This document shows positions 7,915 through 18,517 of a DNA stretch of 64,000 bases, piece after piece (the first letter of the stretch is position 1; each line of letters begins with the position of its first letter). The translations under genes were made by a program, and so were the position numbers. The DNA is from a bacterium (GTDB lineage: Bacteria > Patescibacteriota > CG2-30-54-11 > JBAXVQ01), in assembly GCA_037128935.1 (NCBI GenBank), contig JBAXVQ010000001.1, positions 60,124-124,123 on the forward strand. The letters are read 5' to 3'. The notes beneath the pieces were generated by a model. The model ran no database searches. It saw only the letters and a program-made list of their open reading frames with translations, and was not told the DNA's origin.

Positions 7915-10403
7915 TTCTTCTTTCCTTTCATTTTTTGTAATTCCTGTAAGAGTAAAACTGATATGAGCTGATAATTAACGTTTGTAGCCTCGCCTTCGTC
8001 ATTGAACACGCAAAGCTCAGGCAGTATCTCGGCCACTTCCTCGGCAATCATTCCGAACGTTGTAACGCCTGTTGACTTGTCTTCCCAACTACGGGGCTGC
8101 AATCTCATAACCTTTGAAGCGTCAAAATCCAAATCCCTGATGTTGTCTTTGTGTTTTTGTGAAGAGGTGTAGTAGTATACCCTCCATGCGTTCGTCCCTG
8201 AAGATTCTATGTGAACAGGGTTTGTCGCAACAGATGATGATTGAAGATTGAAAAGTTTCACATTTGTTCCTGATGCGTTAGTCATGTTGAAGGCACCATG
8301 CACATAGCAGTCAGTAACATTGATCTTATTCCATCGCTTTGTTTGGGAGGAGCCTAGGTAGCAAGTGTTGTCAGTGTAAGGGTCTACGTTATAGTTTGCC
8401 CCATCACCGAAAATTACATGCCCCTGTAGGAAGGCAGTAGCTCCAATACTGAGATTTGTCGCACGAATACATCCAGTCGCTAGTAAGTCACAACGAACAC
8501 CACCGCCGCCAAAATTTCCAATTGTCACTACCCCATTCCCAGTTACATCACCTGTTGCTGTGTTCATTGTTCCACCAGCCCCTACGAAGTAGCCTGCAAT
8601 TGATGATGTTCCTGTATTGTCGTTTTGCCCCCATAGCGCTGGGTATGATGGAGTTGAGTTGTTGTTTTGGAATATTCCACCACTTGAATTTCCGCTTGCT
8701 TTCGCCTCGAATATCGTGTCGGTGCCGTCAATGTTCGAGCTGTTGATCTGTGCAATTAGCGTATTCGTCGCACTGTACGCCCTGAACCTGTTTGAATCCA
8801 GCTCAACCCGCTGCCCTTCTACCGTTCCAAAAACCCCAGTGCCTCGAACTACAACACCGTTGAATTCAGCATTGCCATCACCTGTTATCCTCCATCCACT
8901 ACTACCAGTAACAAAACCGCTGCTCTGTATATATCCAAGGCTTCCTGATATTGTTATAGCCTTTGATGCGATTGTACCCGCTGTTATTTTCGCAGCTGTA
9001 AGGGTTTGAATGTGTGCATCTATGATTACACCTGTAGCAATGCAGGCACTTTGTGCGATTATCTCATTAGCTCGCACGTGGTTGGCGTTGAGAAGGTAGA
9101 GAGAGTTAGTACCTTGATACATTTTATCGAATCGCACACCGTCAACACTTCCACCAAGCCGCAAGAGTGCGTCCGTAATAGTGCCCTCATTCACCTTTAG
9201 AGCTGCATCAATAGTGCCGTCCGTGATGTCGCTGCCATCGATGGGGAGAGTAACCGCCCCTTGTTCTGTAACCGTCAACCTTTCCGCTGCTGCGTTTTGC
9301 TTCTCAAATATCAGTTCGCTAAGGGTTTTTTGCAGGTTGCCTATGGTAACTTCTGCCGTGCCTTCGTTCGTATAGGAAATTGAAAGAATGACGGCGTTGT
9401 CGGGGTAGAGTTGGGTAGTTATGCTACGATTACGAAAATTAACGCTTTCGCCAATTGTGCAATCCCAGAGCGAAACTACAGCGTTATCCTCTAGGTTAAT
9501 GAGTTTATCATTATCAGTGACTATTATTCTATCGTAGTTGTAGCGGGGGTCTGAATACTGCGAAAGTTGACTATACCCCAACACATCCGCTGTTGTCGTA
9601 GATGTTAGTCTCCCATCTTTGATTACGTTCTCTACAAGCCCAAATAATCCCTTGCTCACAACGTCATTGTAGGAAGAGAAAAGAAAATCCGCCTCTGTGG
9701 ACTTCTTTGAGTTTCCAACATATACCCGATTACTTAACTCATTGATTGATTTTCCGTAACCAGCGTCATAAATTGCCGTTCCAAAGTTTACCGTGTATTT
9801 CCCTGTTGATGGGTACTGTTGCAAGTGGAAAACGCCATCCGGTGTGATGTGCCAAAAATACGACTCTTTGATAAAACTGAAAATGTCGGCAATTGCTTCA
9901 AAGTGTTTTTTTTCATCTATTTTTCTAGCTATCGAAGTTGAACACGTTGCAATACTTCCAGTAGTGTAGCTGATTACAGGCGTTTCGCTTTCCGCTGTGC
10001 ATCGTGTTCTATAGTTGTCTATAATCGCTTTTATCCAGTTTGACGCTGTTTTTGTAGCCTGTGAGTTTTCCAGCGTTGTACCTGTTTTGTAAAAAAGTCG
10101 ATTAAGCTCAAAGGCGTTGAAGTCCTCAACTGTTACCGTTTTTTGTTCACCTGACAAGCTGCCTTTAATCTCTGAAACAATCCCCTTATAGAGTAAGGTC
10201 AATTCATCGTATATGGTGATTATGCTGCCGGTATCAAGTCCGGTTATGTCCTGATCAAATTTACTTTTGAAAGTAAGAGACAAATCACCAATGAATCCGT
10301 TGATCTGCTTTTTTATAGCAGAAATAGCAACCAGTTCACCTGTAATCTCACGGGTGAAAGTGCCGTTTCTTGCATACAGTTTTACAACGAATTGATGTTT
10401 CAT
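7911..10403 (-). CDS. Tail tip/hub-fibre protein with C-terminal S74-like intramolecular chaperone
   Basis: Follows distal tail gene; GWRITGDGNAEFN motif; C-terminal TSSQKHKDNI...LQPRSW...GMIAEEVAEILPEL. Confidence 0.85.
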   Translation of the reverse strand: MKHQFVVKLYARNGTFTREITGELVAISAIKKQINGFIGDLSLTFKSKFDQDITGLDTGSIITIYDELTLLYKGIVSEIKGSLSGEQKTVTVEDFNAFELNRLFYKTGTTLENSQATKTASNWIKAIIDNYRTRCTAESETPVISYTTGSIATCSTSIARKIDEKKHFEAIADIFSFIKESYFWHITPDGVFHLQQYPSTGKYTVNFGTAIYDAGYGKSINELSNRVYVGNSKKSTEADFLFSSYNDVVSKGLFGLVENVIKDGRLTSTTTADVLGYSQLSQYSDPRYNYDRIIVTDNDKLINLEDNAVVSLWDCTIGESVNFRNRSITTQLYPDNAVILSISYTNEGTAEVTIGNLQKTLSELIFEKQNAAAERLTVTEQGAVTLPIDGSDITDGTIDAALKVNEGTITDALLRLGGSVDGVRFDKMYQGTNSLYLLNANHVRANEIIAQSACIATGVIIDAHIQTLTAAKITAGTIASKAITISGSLGYIQSSGFVTGSSGWRITGDGNAEFNGVVVRGTGVFGTVEGQRVELDSNRFRAYSATNTLIAQINSSNIDGTDTIFEAKASGNSSGGIFQNNNSTPSYPALWGQNDNTGTSSIAGYFVGAGGTMNTATGDVTGNGVVTIGNFGGGGVRCDLLATGCIRATNLSIGATAFLQGHVIFGDGANYNVDPYTDNTCYLGSSQTKRWNKINVTDCYVHGAFNMTNASGTNVKLFNLQSSSVATNPVHIESSGTNAWRVYYYTSSQKHKDNIRDLDFDASKVMRLQPRSWEDKSTGVTTFGMIAEEVAEILPELCVFNDEGEATNVNYQLISVLLLQELQKMKGKKK

Positions 10404-10404
10404 T

Positions 10405-10695
10405 TTACTTGCCTTCTAATGTGTCCCAAGTTTGACGTAGGAATAGCGGTGCTGCGAACTCCCCGACTGTTTCTTTCATTCGCACAATATCCTCAATCGA
10501 AAAGTCGTCATCGTTCGTGGCACTCACTACACGCTCCGCTAGTGCTGCGTTTTTGTACTTGTCGTCACCTGCCAACGGTTCACGCCCTTTACTTACAGTC
10601 TGCAATAGAGCCTGCACAATAACGGTTTTAACGGTAAAATCCGTGTCGTTTCCGGTTTCAATGTTTTTAATCTTTTTGCTTAGGTTGATTTTCAT
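10405..10695 (-). CDS. Phage hypothetical protein (tail module)
   Basis: Tightly packed ORF in tail operon. Confidence 0.7.
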   Translation of the reverse strand: MKINLSKKIKNIETGNDTDFTVKTVIVQALLQTVSKGREPLAGDDKYKNAALAERVVSATNDDDFSIEDIVRMKETVGEFAAPLFLRQTWDTLEGK

Positions 10696-10707
10696 AGTTT
10701 TTTACCT

Positions 10708-10950
10708 CTACAGTGCCAAAGCGGCATCTATTGCCTGTGTTGTTACGGTTTGCGTTAGTTTCGTAATCTGAGCGTCAATGAGGTTGATTGTTGCTTGCTT
10801 GTCTGCAACCTGTAGCGAAAACTCACTGTCGATAGTGTTGCAAGCGTCAACCTTTGCGGCTTCTCGGTCTTTGATAATTACCTCGATTTCCTGCAATAGT
10901 TTTTGTTTTCCGATTTGTAGGATTGTGATTGGGTTTGTGGTGTCTGCCAT
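10708..10950 (-). CDS. Phage hypothetical coiled-coil protein
   Basis: ORF with RBS in tail operon. Confidence 0.7.
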   Translation of the reverse strand: MADTTNPITILQIGKQKLLQEIEVIIKDREAAKVDACNTIDSEFSLQVADKQATINLIDAQITKLTQTVTTQAIDAALAL

Positions 10951-10963
10951 GGTGAAGGTTCCT

Positions 10964-11599
10964 TTATGCTAATTGTTTCAATGAGTTGTAGTAGCCTTTT
11001 ATTTCGGCTGCCGTAAGTGCCTTGTTAGATATTTTGGTCTGGTCTATTTTTCCGTTGAGAGGGTAAAGTGAGCCATTTGGTCTGTATCCCAGACCTAAGT
11101 TTGCATTGCATGGCGATACTGTGCCGACTGTTTTATTAGCGTATTCTTTCCCGTTAACATACAAGCGAATAACACTAGTGTCGTAGGTAAAGGCTATATA
11201 TGCCCATTCACCAGTACTCACAATTCCGGCTGGTGTGGTAATTCTGTTTGCAGCTGCACCCAACCCAGCTTCTACTGCTCCGTTTCCCGGCGCGTCATTT
11301 AAAAAGATAAAAAGCTCGTTAGATGCGTCAATGTTCCCAAAAGGTAGATAATACCCGTATGAGTTTTGGTACACCCATGTTTCAACGGTGAAAGCCGCAC
11401 TTCCCATAATCAGGTAAGGGTTAAAAGCTAAGTCTATTTTGTTTGTTGTTCCATTGAAGCTGTATCCTTGACCAAATTTTCCCTGTACTAGTGTTGCTCC
11501 GGTTACTGTGCCGTTTCTGTTATTTCCGCTACTGTCGTTAGCATTTCCGTTCATGCTATATAGGGCTAGTGCGTTTTTTGTGTTGAATTCTCCAAACAT
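10964..11599 (-). CDS. LamG/concanavalin A-like domain tail protein
   Basis: GNANDSSGN...GKFGQGYSFNG...FTVETWV...LYVNG...GKIDQTKISNKALTAAEI. Confidence 0.9.
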   Translation of the reverse strand: MFGEFNTKNALALYSMNGNANDSSGNNRNGTVTGATLVQGKFGQGYSFNGTTNKIDLAFNPYLIMGSAAFTVETWVYQNSYGYYLPFGNIDASNELFIFLNDAPGNGAVEAGLGAAANRITTPAGIVSTGEWAYIAFTYDTSVIRLYVNGKEYANKTVGTVSPCNANLGLGYRPNGSLYPLNGKIDQTKISNKALTAAEIKGYYNSLKQLA

Positions 11600-13158
11600 T
11601 ACACTTTTACCCCCGTCACCATAACTGAAAGGTTTGCGCCTGCGATTGTTGAGCCTACTTGGTCGATGTTGACGAATAGCTTGTTATTTGCTGTCAGTGT
11701 CTGGTTTGTGGTTGATACAGTAACCCCTGAGCTATACGCCGTATCTGCGTTAGATGCCGTGATGGTGATTGCAGATGTGAGCACGTCTGTTGTAGCTACG
11801 TTATTACCTATTGTTACCGTTGCGTTGGCTCCAGTACAGGCAACCTCTAACTCTGCTGCTACCTCTACAATTGCAAGGTTACAAGGTCGGTATTTCAGTG
11901 CTGGGAATTGATTATCACCTACTGCAATATTTCCGCCAATTAGGGATTTAAGATATACAACCGCTGAAAGTGGCTTGTATTTTATTTCAACCGTTTGCGT
12001 GCTTGCCCCCAAGCTCACACCTGCTACCGTAACCGTACCCGCTGAATAGTTGGTTACGATGCCATATTTTACAAAACCGCCTGAACCAGCTAGTTGGTAC
12101 GCTAAAGGTCTTCCTTTAACGAAAATAGCTTGAGCTGTTGCATCGTTGGTAACTGTGAAGGTTGAAGAGGAAGCCCATGTTGTTACATATCCATCATCAG
12201 TCCATTCTGTTTCACTTGCACCACCTCCACCACTTGCAGTAATAACAACATCGTTCGCCTCTTCTGTCAGGGTGATATTTGTGCCCGCCTTTATGCGTTT
12301 GAAAGGTAAGTCAACGCCAACTTTAGTACCCACCAAGCTTGCACCATCACCCGCCGTACCGAGGGCACTTGCTGTATTTGCTTCACCAGCTGCGGAAGTT
12401 GGCAGTGAGCCTACTGTTATGTAGTATTTTGCACCAGTACCAGAATCTTCAATTAGTATTTTGTCACCAGATACCGGCGTTCCTTTTACCGTAAATGTAG
12501 AAAAGTCACTTGCTGCCCTTTTGAGTTGTGCATCATCCGTTACGTTAGTTAATCCAACCTGTGCCTTTGTTACGCTGTGGGGGTTTGAGGTATTCGCTAG
12601 ATGGTCGGTTATTTGTTTTTGGAGTTTACCGGCTGCCGTAAGTACCGTATCCGCTGCCGTGATTGCTGCATTAGTTGCGGTACTCAATCCAGTTAAGACA
12701 CTTGCAACCGCCCTTGAAGCTAGAAAATAAAGGTTTGTAGTGCCTTCTGTTATTGCGTCCGTTGTTCGTGTTTCTACCGTTGCAAGTCGGCTTTCGTGAT
12801 CGGTTTGGTTTCCCTGTATACGTGAAATTGTTTGCTCATCCAAAACGATGTCAAAGTAAATAGCACCTGCGGACGGGTCGAAAGAGTTAGCGGTACTGTC
12901 TCCATACCCACGCCCGCCAGTGACTGTTAATGTTGTACCTGATCTGCTCGCAACTAATACCTTTTCTTTCTTTCCGGTTGCCTCTTGTGAAATAACCCCG
13001 ACAAAGTTAGCTGTAGGGCATGTTGTTATCCAGTCCGTAGCCCCGACGTTACTTGTTGCTGAAACTATCGTAATAGTACTATCTGAAGCTCCAACAGTGG
13101 CGGTTATGGTTGCCCTGAATTGGTCTTTTGGTGTGAGATGTGTATTAACTAGTGCCAC
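11599..13158 (-). CDS. Tail fibre/receptor-binding-like protein
   Basis: TDAITEGTTNLYF and HLANTSNPHSVTKAQVGL fibre motifs; T/A/G-rich. Confidence 0.8.
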   Translation of the reverse strand: MALVNTHLTPKDQFRATITATVGASDSTITIVSATSNVGATDWITTCPTANFVGVISQEATGKKEKVLVASRSGTTLTVTGGRGYGDSTANSFDPSAGAIYFDIVLDEQTISRIQGNQTDHESRLATVETRTTDAITEGTTNLYFLASRAVASVLTGLSTATNAAITAADTVLTAAGKLQKQITDHLANTSNPHSVTKAQVGLTNVTDDAQLKRAASDFSTFTVKGTPVSGDKILIEDSGTGAKYYITVGSLPTSAAGEANTASALGTAGDGASLVGTKVGVDLPFKRIKAGTNITLTEEANDVVITASGGGGASETEWTDDGYVTTWASSSTFTVTNDATAQAIFVKGRPLAYQLAGSGGFVKYGIVTNYSAGTVTVAGVSLGASTQTVEIKYKPLSAVVYLKSLIGGNIAVGDNQFPALKYRPCNLAIVEVAAELEVACTGANATVTIGNNVATTDVLTSAITITASNADTAYSSGVTVSTTNQTLTANNKLFVNIDQVGSTIAGANLSVMVTGVKV

Positions 13159-13168
13159 TTCCAGCCTC

Positions 13169-14068
13169 CTATAGGTATGCGTTTTTGTACGTGATTGTGA
13201 TGTTTGTCTCTATACTTGTTGTCGTAAAATCGAATTGAAGCGTGTTTGTGCCAGTAATGAGCGGAAACCAATTACCTAGCGGGTCGATATATGAGCTATT
13301 TTGTCGAGCTATGCAGTTAGCAAAATCGAACGTGATAAGGTCGCCCGCCGTGAGTGCTAGATAGGTGTGCAACACGTTTCTTTCACTCATTGACGTGTTG
13401 GTAATCGTCATAGCCGTGCCACCCGTAACCGATACAACCTGAATTGATATGCTAGGCAAAGTCACGTCGTCGCCTGTGTTTGCTAGTGATACCGTAACGC
13501 TATTGGTTGTGTTTCCATCCTGCGTTACTTTTGTAGCGTCAATGTCACGCCCGAAAGGGTCGGTACATACAAAGTCGAGAGAGAAGGGTACGTGTGTGAT
13601 ATGATAGTGATCCTCACTAAAGATCTTATCGATTCCAGCAAACTGACCTTTATAACGCCTGTAAGATGTTTCGCCGTTTGGTGTTATATCTAAGTAGACT
13701 TCCGAAACATTCCCATCACTCCCACGTTTTCCAATGATCTTTTTGAGTGTTCGCACGGTTTCAGAAAGGGTGGAGGCTGTTGATGAAAATAACTCACCAT
13801 CAATTGCTATAGTCTTTGAATTGTAGTCACGCCCACCATAATCGTTGCCGTCACGATATACCCGCCCATGCCTGCGGTCTGTGGTCGTCGGCATGTTGAG
13901 GGCACTTGTTGCCCTTGTCGTTGCATAGTCACCCTGTAGCCCAAAGCTAGAGGAAAGCCCCAAGTCTACAATTCTGATTGCATCCGCAACAATCGCGCTA
14001 CCACCACCTGAAGTTACGCCAATCTGTGCGTACCTGTTTGAGCCGTAAAGGGTTTCACCGTATCTCAT
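13169..14068 (-). CDS. Distal tail (Dit-like) protein
   Basis: Immediately after tape measure; FSLDFVCTDPF, NTGD, G.N.L motifs. Confidence 0.8.
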   Translation of the reverse strand: MRYGETLYGSNRYAQIGVTSGGGSAIVADAIRIVDLGLSSSFGLQGDYATTRATSALNMPTTTDRRHGRVYRDGNDYGGRDYNSKTIAIDGELFSSTASTLSETVRTLKKIIGKRGSDGNVSEVYLDITPNGETSYRRYKGQFAGIDKIFSEDHYHITHVPFSLDFVCTDPFGRDIDATKVTQDGNTTNSVTVSLANTGDDVTLPSISIQVVSVTGGTAMTITNTSMSERNVLHTYLALTAGDLITFDFANCIARQNSSYIDPLGNWFPLITGTNTLQFDFTTTSIETNITITYKNAYL

Positions 14069-16185
14069 ACCGCTACCCCTCTCTTAGTCATCACAAGCTC
14101 ACGCTTTAACGCTTCAACGGCTTGTTTTACTAGTTGATCTACCCGACCTTGTGAATCTATTGTGTTCCCAGTGATGTTTACGTTGATCGTTGTGCTGTTG
14201 CCACCTTGCTGCATATTGTCATGGTGTCGGGGGTCTTGTCGTGTAAGCACCTCTTCGCCTGCTTGCAACATAGCGGGTACATCCTGTTTGTAGCCACCTT
14301 GGACAATACCACCGCTGTGATACCAACTAATTCCCACGCTTGGAACGCTTGGAGGGTTGAGAGAGAATCCACCGGAAATACTGATGTGTGGTAGTTTGAT
14401 GTGAGGGATTGTAAAAGTAAAAGCCGCGGCCAATTTATCTGGGATAGAGGAAATAACACCCCATACTTTCCCGGGCAATGAAGTCATAAACCCCATTATG
14501 CCAGTAACCATTGAACTGACTGCGTTTACGGCGGTGTCTTTTATGCTGTTAAAGGTGGTTGATACTTTATCCCACAATTCCCCCATGTTCGTTCCAAATA
14601 ATGCAAGCACTAAGCGAAGGTTGAGTGTCACACTATTCACAATGAACGATAACGCCCCGCCAAAGATATTTTTAATACCTTCCCACACTTTCGATATATC
14701 GCCGTGTATTACTCCATCAATTACTTGTATTACACCTTGTATTACAGTAAATACAGACTTAACCGCCGTCCCTATGAAATCTAGTGCAACCTTGAAAACT
14801 GCGGAAATAGTATCCCAGTTGTCTTTTATAAAGTTGTATATAAATGTACCAACTGTCATTACCACGCTCATCACGCCTTCAAAAATGCTCTGTATTGTAG
14901 GTAACATATCCATAACAACAGGTACAACCTGCGTAGTTATGACGTTTACGAGTTGGTTAAAAAATGATTGCAAGGCTGGCCACGCTACAGTTGTAAACCA
15001 AGTTGCAACTGCTGCCATTTTTTCATGAATTCCGCCCCAGTTTTGAGTCCATGCAAGTGCCAGTATTCCAATTGCTGCGACAATTAAGAGTATTGGAGTG
15101 AGAAAAACACCGGAAAGAATACCACCAAGTCCAGCAAGTACCGTACCTATTCCTAAAAACATGCCAACAAGCCCAGATATTCCTATGGCAAGCGGTGCCA
15201 GTACCGCACCAATACCGACAAACATAATTATGGCGTTTTGTATGGGGGCGGGTATGTTTGAAAAGAAGTTGGAGAGTTCCGTTAGTCTATCAAGTAGAAA
15301 GTTAACAGGGCCGGTTAACGCTGCACCAATTGTTAGTTTGAAGTTTTCCATTTTCACACCAAGTTGAGCTATTTTGTCGCCCGCTCCATCGTTTGCCGTT
15401 TTCATCTTTTCAATATCTTTAGAGCCAGCTTTTAAAATTGCATTAAATTCAGCTTGTGTTTTTTCCGCTTCTGTTAGTTGTGTCGCGGTTTTTCCGATTG
15501 ATTTAGCGTAGTCATCCATTGCTGACTTGGTGTCTATTTGCATACCTATCTGTGATAGCATCGCATCACGCCCTTTTCCGGCTGCCATGGTAAACATGTT
15601 CATCGTTTCTTCAACCGTCATACCGAAAGTCTTAGCTTTTGATCTTGCTAGCATGAACAAATCACCCATTTTGTCGGTATCTTTAGTTAATCCCAACGCC
15701 ATAGCTTTATTAGTCATCTTTAACAGGTCAATGTCTGGTATTGTGTTTCTGGTTGCTGATCGCAGCTTTACCAGCGCAGCCTCTCCATCCACTCCCATCT
15801 CACCAAGTTCTTTTTTTAGTCTGCTAGCTGTACCAGCCAACTTCACCATCTGCAATTCAGCACCCCCAATCATCCCGCCGGCCATTAAACCCATTAATTT
15901 CATCGCTGAACCTTGCATTTGACCAAACCCCTCATTAACTTTTCCCATTCCTGACTGGATACGAGAAAAACCAGATTGAAAAGCGCCACCTATTCCAGTC
16001 ATAACGCCACTTGCCATACTGCCAATTTTACTGAAACCACCACCAACCGCACTCTGTATACCACCACCTAACTTTTCCGCTGATTGCTGTACGCCTTGCA
16101 GTTTGTCACCAATAGCACTAATACCGCCTGCCATCTCTTCTTTTAGCATGACTATTAGTTGTAGTGTTTTGGTAGCGTCTGCCAT
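14065..16185 (-). CDS. Tail tape measure protein
   Basis: Long helical protein with TM patch, W/F periodic repeats, C-terminal GGIV...AMLQAGEEVL. Confidence 0.92.
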   Translation of the reverse strand: MADATKTLQLIVMLKEEMAGGISAIGDKLQGVQQSAEKLGGGIQSAVGGGFSKIGSMASGVMTGIGGAFQSGFSRIQSGMGKVNEGFGQMQGSAMKLMGLMAGGMIGGAELQMVKLAGTASRLKKELGEMGVDGEAALVKLRSATRNTIPDIDLLKMTNKAMALGLTKDTDKMGDLFMLARSKAKTFGMTVEETMNMFTMAAGKGRDAMLSQIGMQIDTKSAMDDYAKSIGKTATQLTEAEKTQAEFNAILKAGSKDIEKMKTANDGAGDKIAQLGVKMENFKLTIGAALTGPVNFLLDRLTELSNFFSNIPAPIQNAIIMFVGIGAVLAPLAIGISGLVGMFLGIGTVLAGLGGILSGVFLTPILLIVAAIGILALAWTQNWGGIHEKMAAVATWFTTVAWPALQSFFNQLVNVITTQVVPVVMDMLPTIQSIFEGVMSVVMTVGTFIYNFIKDNWDTISAVFKVALDFIGTAVKSVFTVIQGVIQVIDGVIHGDISKVWEGIKNIFGGALSFIVNSVTLNLRLVLALFGTNMGELWDKVSTTFNSIKDTAVNAVSSMVTGIMGFMTSLPGKVWGVISSIPDKLAAAFTFTIPHIKLPHISISGGFSLNPPSVPSVGISWYHSGGIVQGGYKQDVPAMLQAGEEVLTRQDPRHHDNMQQGGNSTTINVNITGNTIDSQGRVDQLVKQAVEALKRELVMTKRGVAV

Positions 16186-16186
16186 T

Positions 16187-16381
16187 TCAATCCTTTTTTT
16201 CGTTCGTTATCTCGTATACCTTTAGGTCATACAGTACGCCGATGTAGTCTTTTTCTAGCTCTTCTTTTGCCTGTGACCTTGTGCATCCGTAAAGCTGTGA
16301 TATGTTGAAAATAAGTAAATCACTATCATAGTTTTCAGGGCTTTTACACCTTACCCAAGACCGAAACCTTGCAACTTTTTT
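16187..16381 (-). CDS. Tail chaperone extension (gpT-like) reached by -1 frameshift
   Basis: A AAA AAG at 16381-16375; -1 frame has no ATG and stays open to TGA at 16189-16187. Confidence 0.8.
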   Translation of the reverse strand, partial: KKVARFRSWVRCKSPENYDSDLLIFNISQLYGCTRSQAKEELEKDYIGVLYDLKVYEITNEKKD

Positions 16382-16680
16382 TCAATCGAAGCGTCAACCT
16401 CTGACTTTCTATCTGTTACCGCTTTAAATAGCTTTTCAGTAATAACGTCAAATTGAAGGTAGTCGTCAAGGAATCCAGCACCCTTAATTTTTTCGTACCA
16501 TGTTTGCTTGTCGACGTGTTCGCCCTTTTCGTTTTCTATCTTTGTGATGAACCGCAAAACGGCTGCATCGCTTTTGCCTTCTTTTGATAGGTTTATTACT
16601 TTAGCGACAAAACCGCCTGTAATATCAGTTTTATCAATGAAGGTTACTTTTACGCCTGATTGAGGAAAATCAAAATCCAT
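16351..16680 (-). CDS. Tail assembly chaperone (gpG-like)
   Basis: Between major tail and tape measure genes; ends with slippery site. Confidence 0.8.
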   Translation of the reverse strand: MDFDFPQSGVKVTFIDKTDITGGFVAKVINLSKEGKSDAAVLRFITKIENEKGEHVDKQTWYEKIKGAGFLDDYLQFDVITEKLFKAVTDRKSEVDASIEKKLQGFGLG

Positions 16681-16692
16681 ATTTATAACCCC

Positions 16693-17901
16693 TTACGCAT
16701 AAGATGCTGTTGTGTTTTTGAGCACAAACCCGATTGTCTTTGATGTTGTCGGGTCGTAGGTTGCGATTGCCTCGAATGAATCCATGGCGGTGTCGTCCGC
16801 ACCCTTTGCCCCTTTACCTTCCATATCGCTTTTACCGGAAAGCATAATTGCAGGCATGGAAACGGTGAGTTGATCTGTACCCGTACCGCTACCCGCATCA
16901 AGTCCAATCATGTCAATCACTATGGGGACGGTTTTTCCATCGTTGAGCTTGTCAAGCAATGAGCCACCACCGTTGTACACTCTATCAAGCCCTTTCAATC
17001 CTACCTCTGCGGCTCCCATGCCTACGTTGTAAGCGTCCGAACGGTTGCCAGCTGCTGCAAACTTTTTTAAGTTCTTTTTGAATCCAAACTCGAAACCGTC
17101 TGTACAGTCGTATGCAGTACCATTCACAAGTACAGAAGTGCGTCCAAAGTTGAACGGTTGACCTGTCACCACGTCCGATGCTGTGAAGGGTTTGAGTACC
17201 ATTTTTACACCTGCTGCGTGGCTTGCTGTTGTTGCTGATACAGTAAGTGTTTTTGCATCTACTACGGTGGATATGGTCACGTCTTCATCGCTTGCATCGT
17301 TTTCAAATTCTGCAATCAAAACGTCTGTTGCAACTAATCCCTCAGTCGGTTTAAACGCCCCGCCTTGGTCATCAAGTACAAGGGTGGTTGCTCCGCTTGC
17401 TGCCAGTGCTTTGAGTAAGGTAATTGCATACCTTCCAGCTGCGAATGTCTTCACCTCTACCTGCCACGTGCTGTCCTTGATTTTGAATGTGACTTCATCG
17501 ATTACGGAGCCAAATGATCTATAGCCAAAGTCGGGGTAGTCAAACTGGAATGTAGCAGAAAGGATCTTGGTGAGGTCGATCAAGAATGTGTGGGTGTATA
17601 CGCCCGCTGTTGGTGATCCGGTTGTAGGTGCTCCACAAAGTAGCTTCAACACCTCGCCTGTAAGGGAAGGGAAGAGCTCCATCTCAAACTTTCCATCGCC
17701 TTTAGTCTGTGTGAAGCGTGGGTTTTTCTGATTTTTCCAAGCGTTCCCTGAAATGGTTTCACTTGTTTTAATGCCCGGGTCGAAACCAAATTCCGCACTG
17801 AGTACGGGTATCTGAATAGTAGGCTTTACAGGTGTTCTGAATGTTGCTTCATGCCCCATCCATACTGTTGCCTTAGCTGATGAAAATGTTTTGTACGTCA
17901 T
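16693..17901 (-). CDS. Major tail tube protein with inserted beta domain
   Basis: GHEATFRTP, YTHTF, SATFQ tail-tube motifs; position. Confidence 0.85.
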   Translation of the reverse strand: MTYKTFSSAKATVWMGHEATFRTPVKPTIQIPVLSAEFGFDPGIKTSETISGNAWKNQKNPRFTQTKGDGKFEMELFPSLTGEVLKLLCGAPTTGSPTAGVYTHTFLIDLTKILSATFQFDYPDFGYRSFGSVIDEVTFKIKDSTWQVEVKTFAAGRYAITLLKALAASGATTLVLDDQGGAFKPTEGLVATDVLIAEFENDASDEDVTISTVVDAKTLTVSATTASHAAGVKMVLKPFTASDVVTGQPFNFGRTSVLVNGTAYDCTDGFEFGFKKNLKKFAAAGNRSDAYNVGMGAAEVGLKGLDRVYNGGGSLLDKLNDGKTVPIVIDMIGLDAGSGTGTDQLTVSMPAIMLSGKSDMEGKGAKGADDTAMDSFEAIATYDPTTSKTIGFVLKNTTASYA

Positions 17902-18083
17902 TACTCTATAACCTCCGTTACTGGTTGTTTTTCTGAAATTTCTACAAAATTAGGGTTGAAAATTGGATGTTCTACGGTTACGGTGTCGCCGTTCTCCACT
18001 CTTTGATACCCTGTAACAGTGACTGGATAATTACCTACATATCTGTAGGTATATCCTGCTTGTTCTTGTTTCTTTTTTGCCAT
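17901..18083 (-). CDS. Small phage structural-region protein
   Basis: Packed ORF, YRYVG...NPNFVE. Confidence 0.65.
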   Translation of the reverse strand: MAKKKQEQAGYTYRYVGNYPVTVTGYQRVENGDTVTVEHPIFNPNFVEISEKQPVTEVIE

Positions 18084-18085
18084 AA

Positions 18086-18517
18086 TTAGTACCTCACGTT
18101 GTCCATAACTTTTGTTGTGAATTTTATAGGGTAGGCAATGTAAAACCGCCCACCAATTTCGATTATTTCCTCGCCTGTACTTGAGAGTGAGGACGGTAAT
18201 ATCTGAAGTACACTTTTGGATAAATCTAAGCTACGCCCTGCCAATTTTGCCCATATCGCTTGTAGTAGAGTATCAACAACGCTCATTGCTGCTTCCGTTG
18301 TCGGCTCATCATACAAAACAACTATTTCCCATACTAGGTGGCGTGTTGCTGTGTGTGTGCTGCTTTGCGTAGTCTCGAAGCCAACTGTTCTAATGTAATA
18401 AGTTGGAACGTTTCCAATCACTGAAACGGGGTGCTTACTTCCAGCGTTCAAGTCGGGAACGGTATCAATGAGGGTTTTGATATTTGTCCTGATTGTTCCA
18501 AAATCTGTACCGTTCAT
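18086..18517 (-). CDS. Tail terminator-like protein
   Basis: Position and size; likely start MNGTDF. Confidence 0.65.
   Translation of the reverse strand: MNGTDFGTIRTNIKTLIDTVPDLNAGSKHPVSVIGNVPTYYIRTVGFETTQSSTHTATRHLVWEIVVLYDEPTTEAAMSVVDTLLQAIWAKLAGRSLDLSKSVLQILPSSLSSTGEEIIEIGGRFYIAYPIKFTTKVMDNVRY

Noticed and set aside
7911-13158. Diversity-generating retroelement targeting tail genes
   Set aside because: No reverse transcriptase and no TR/VR repeat pair noticed in the window
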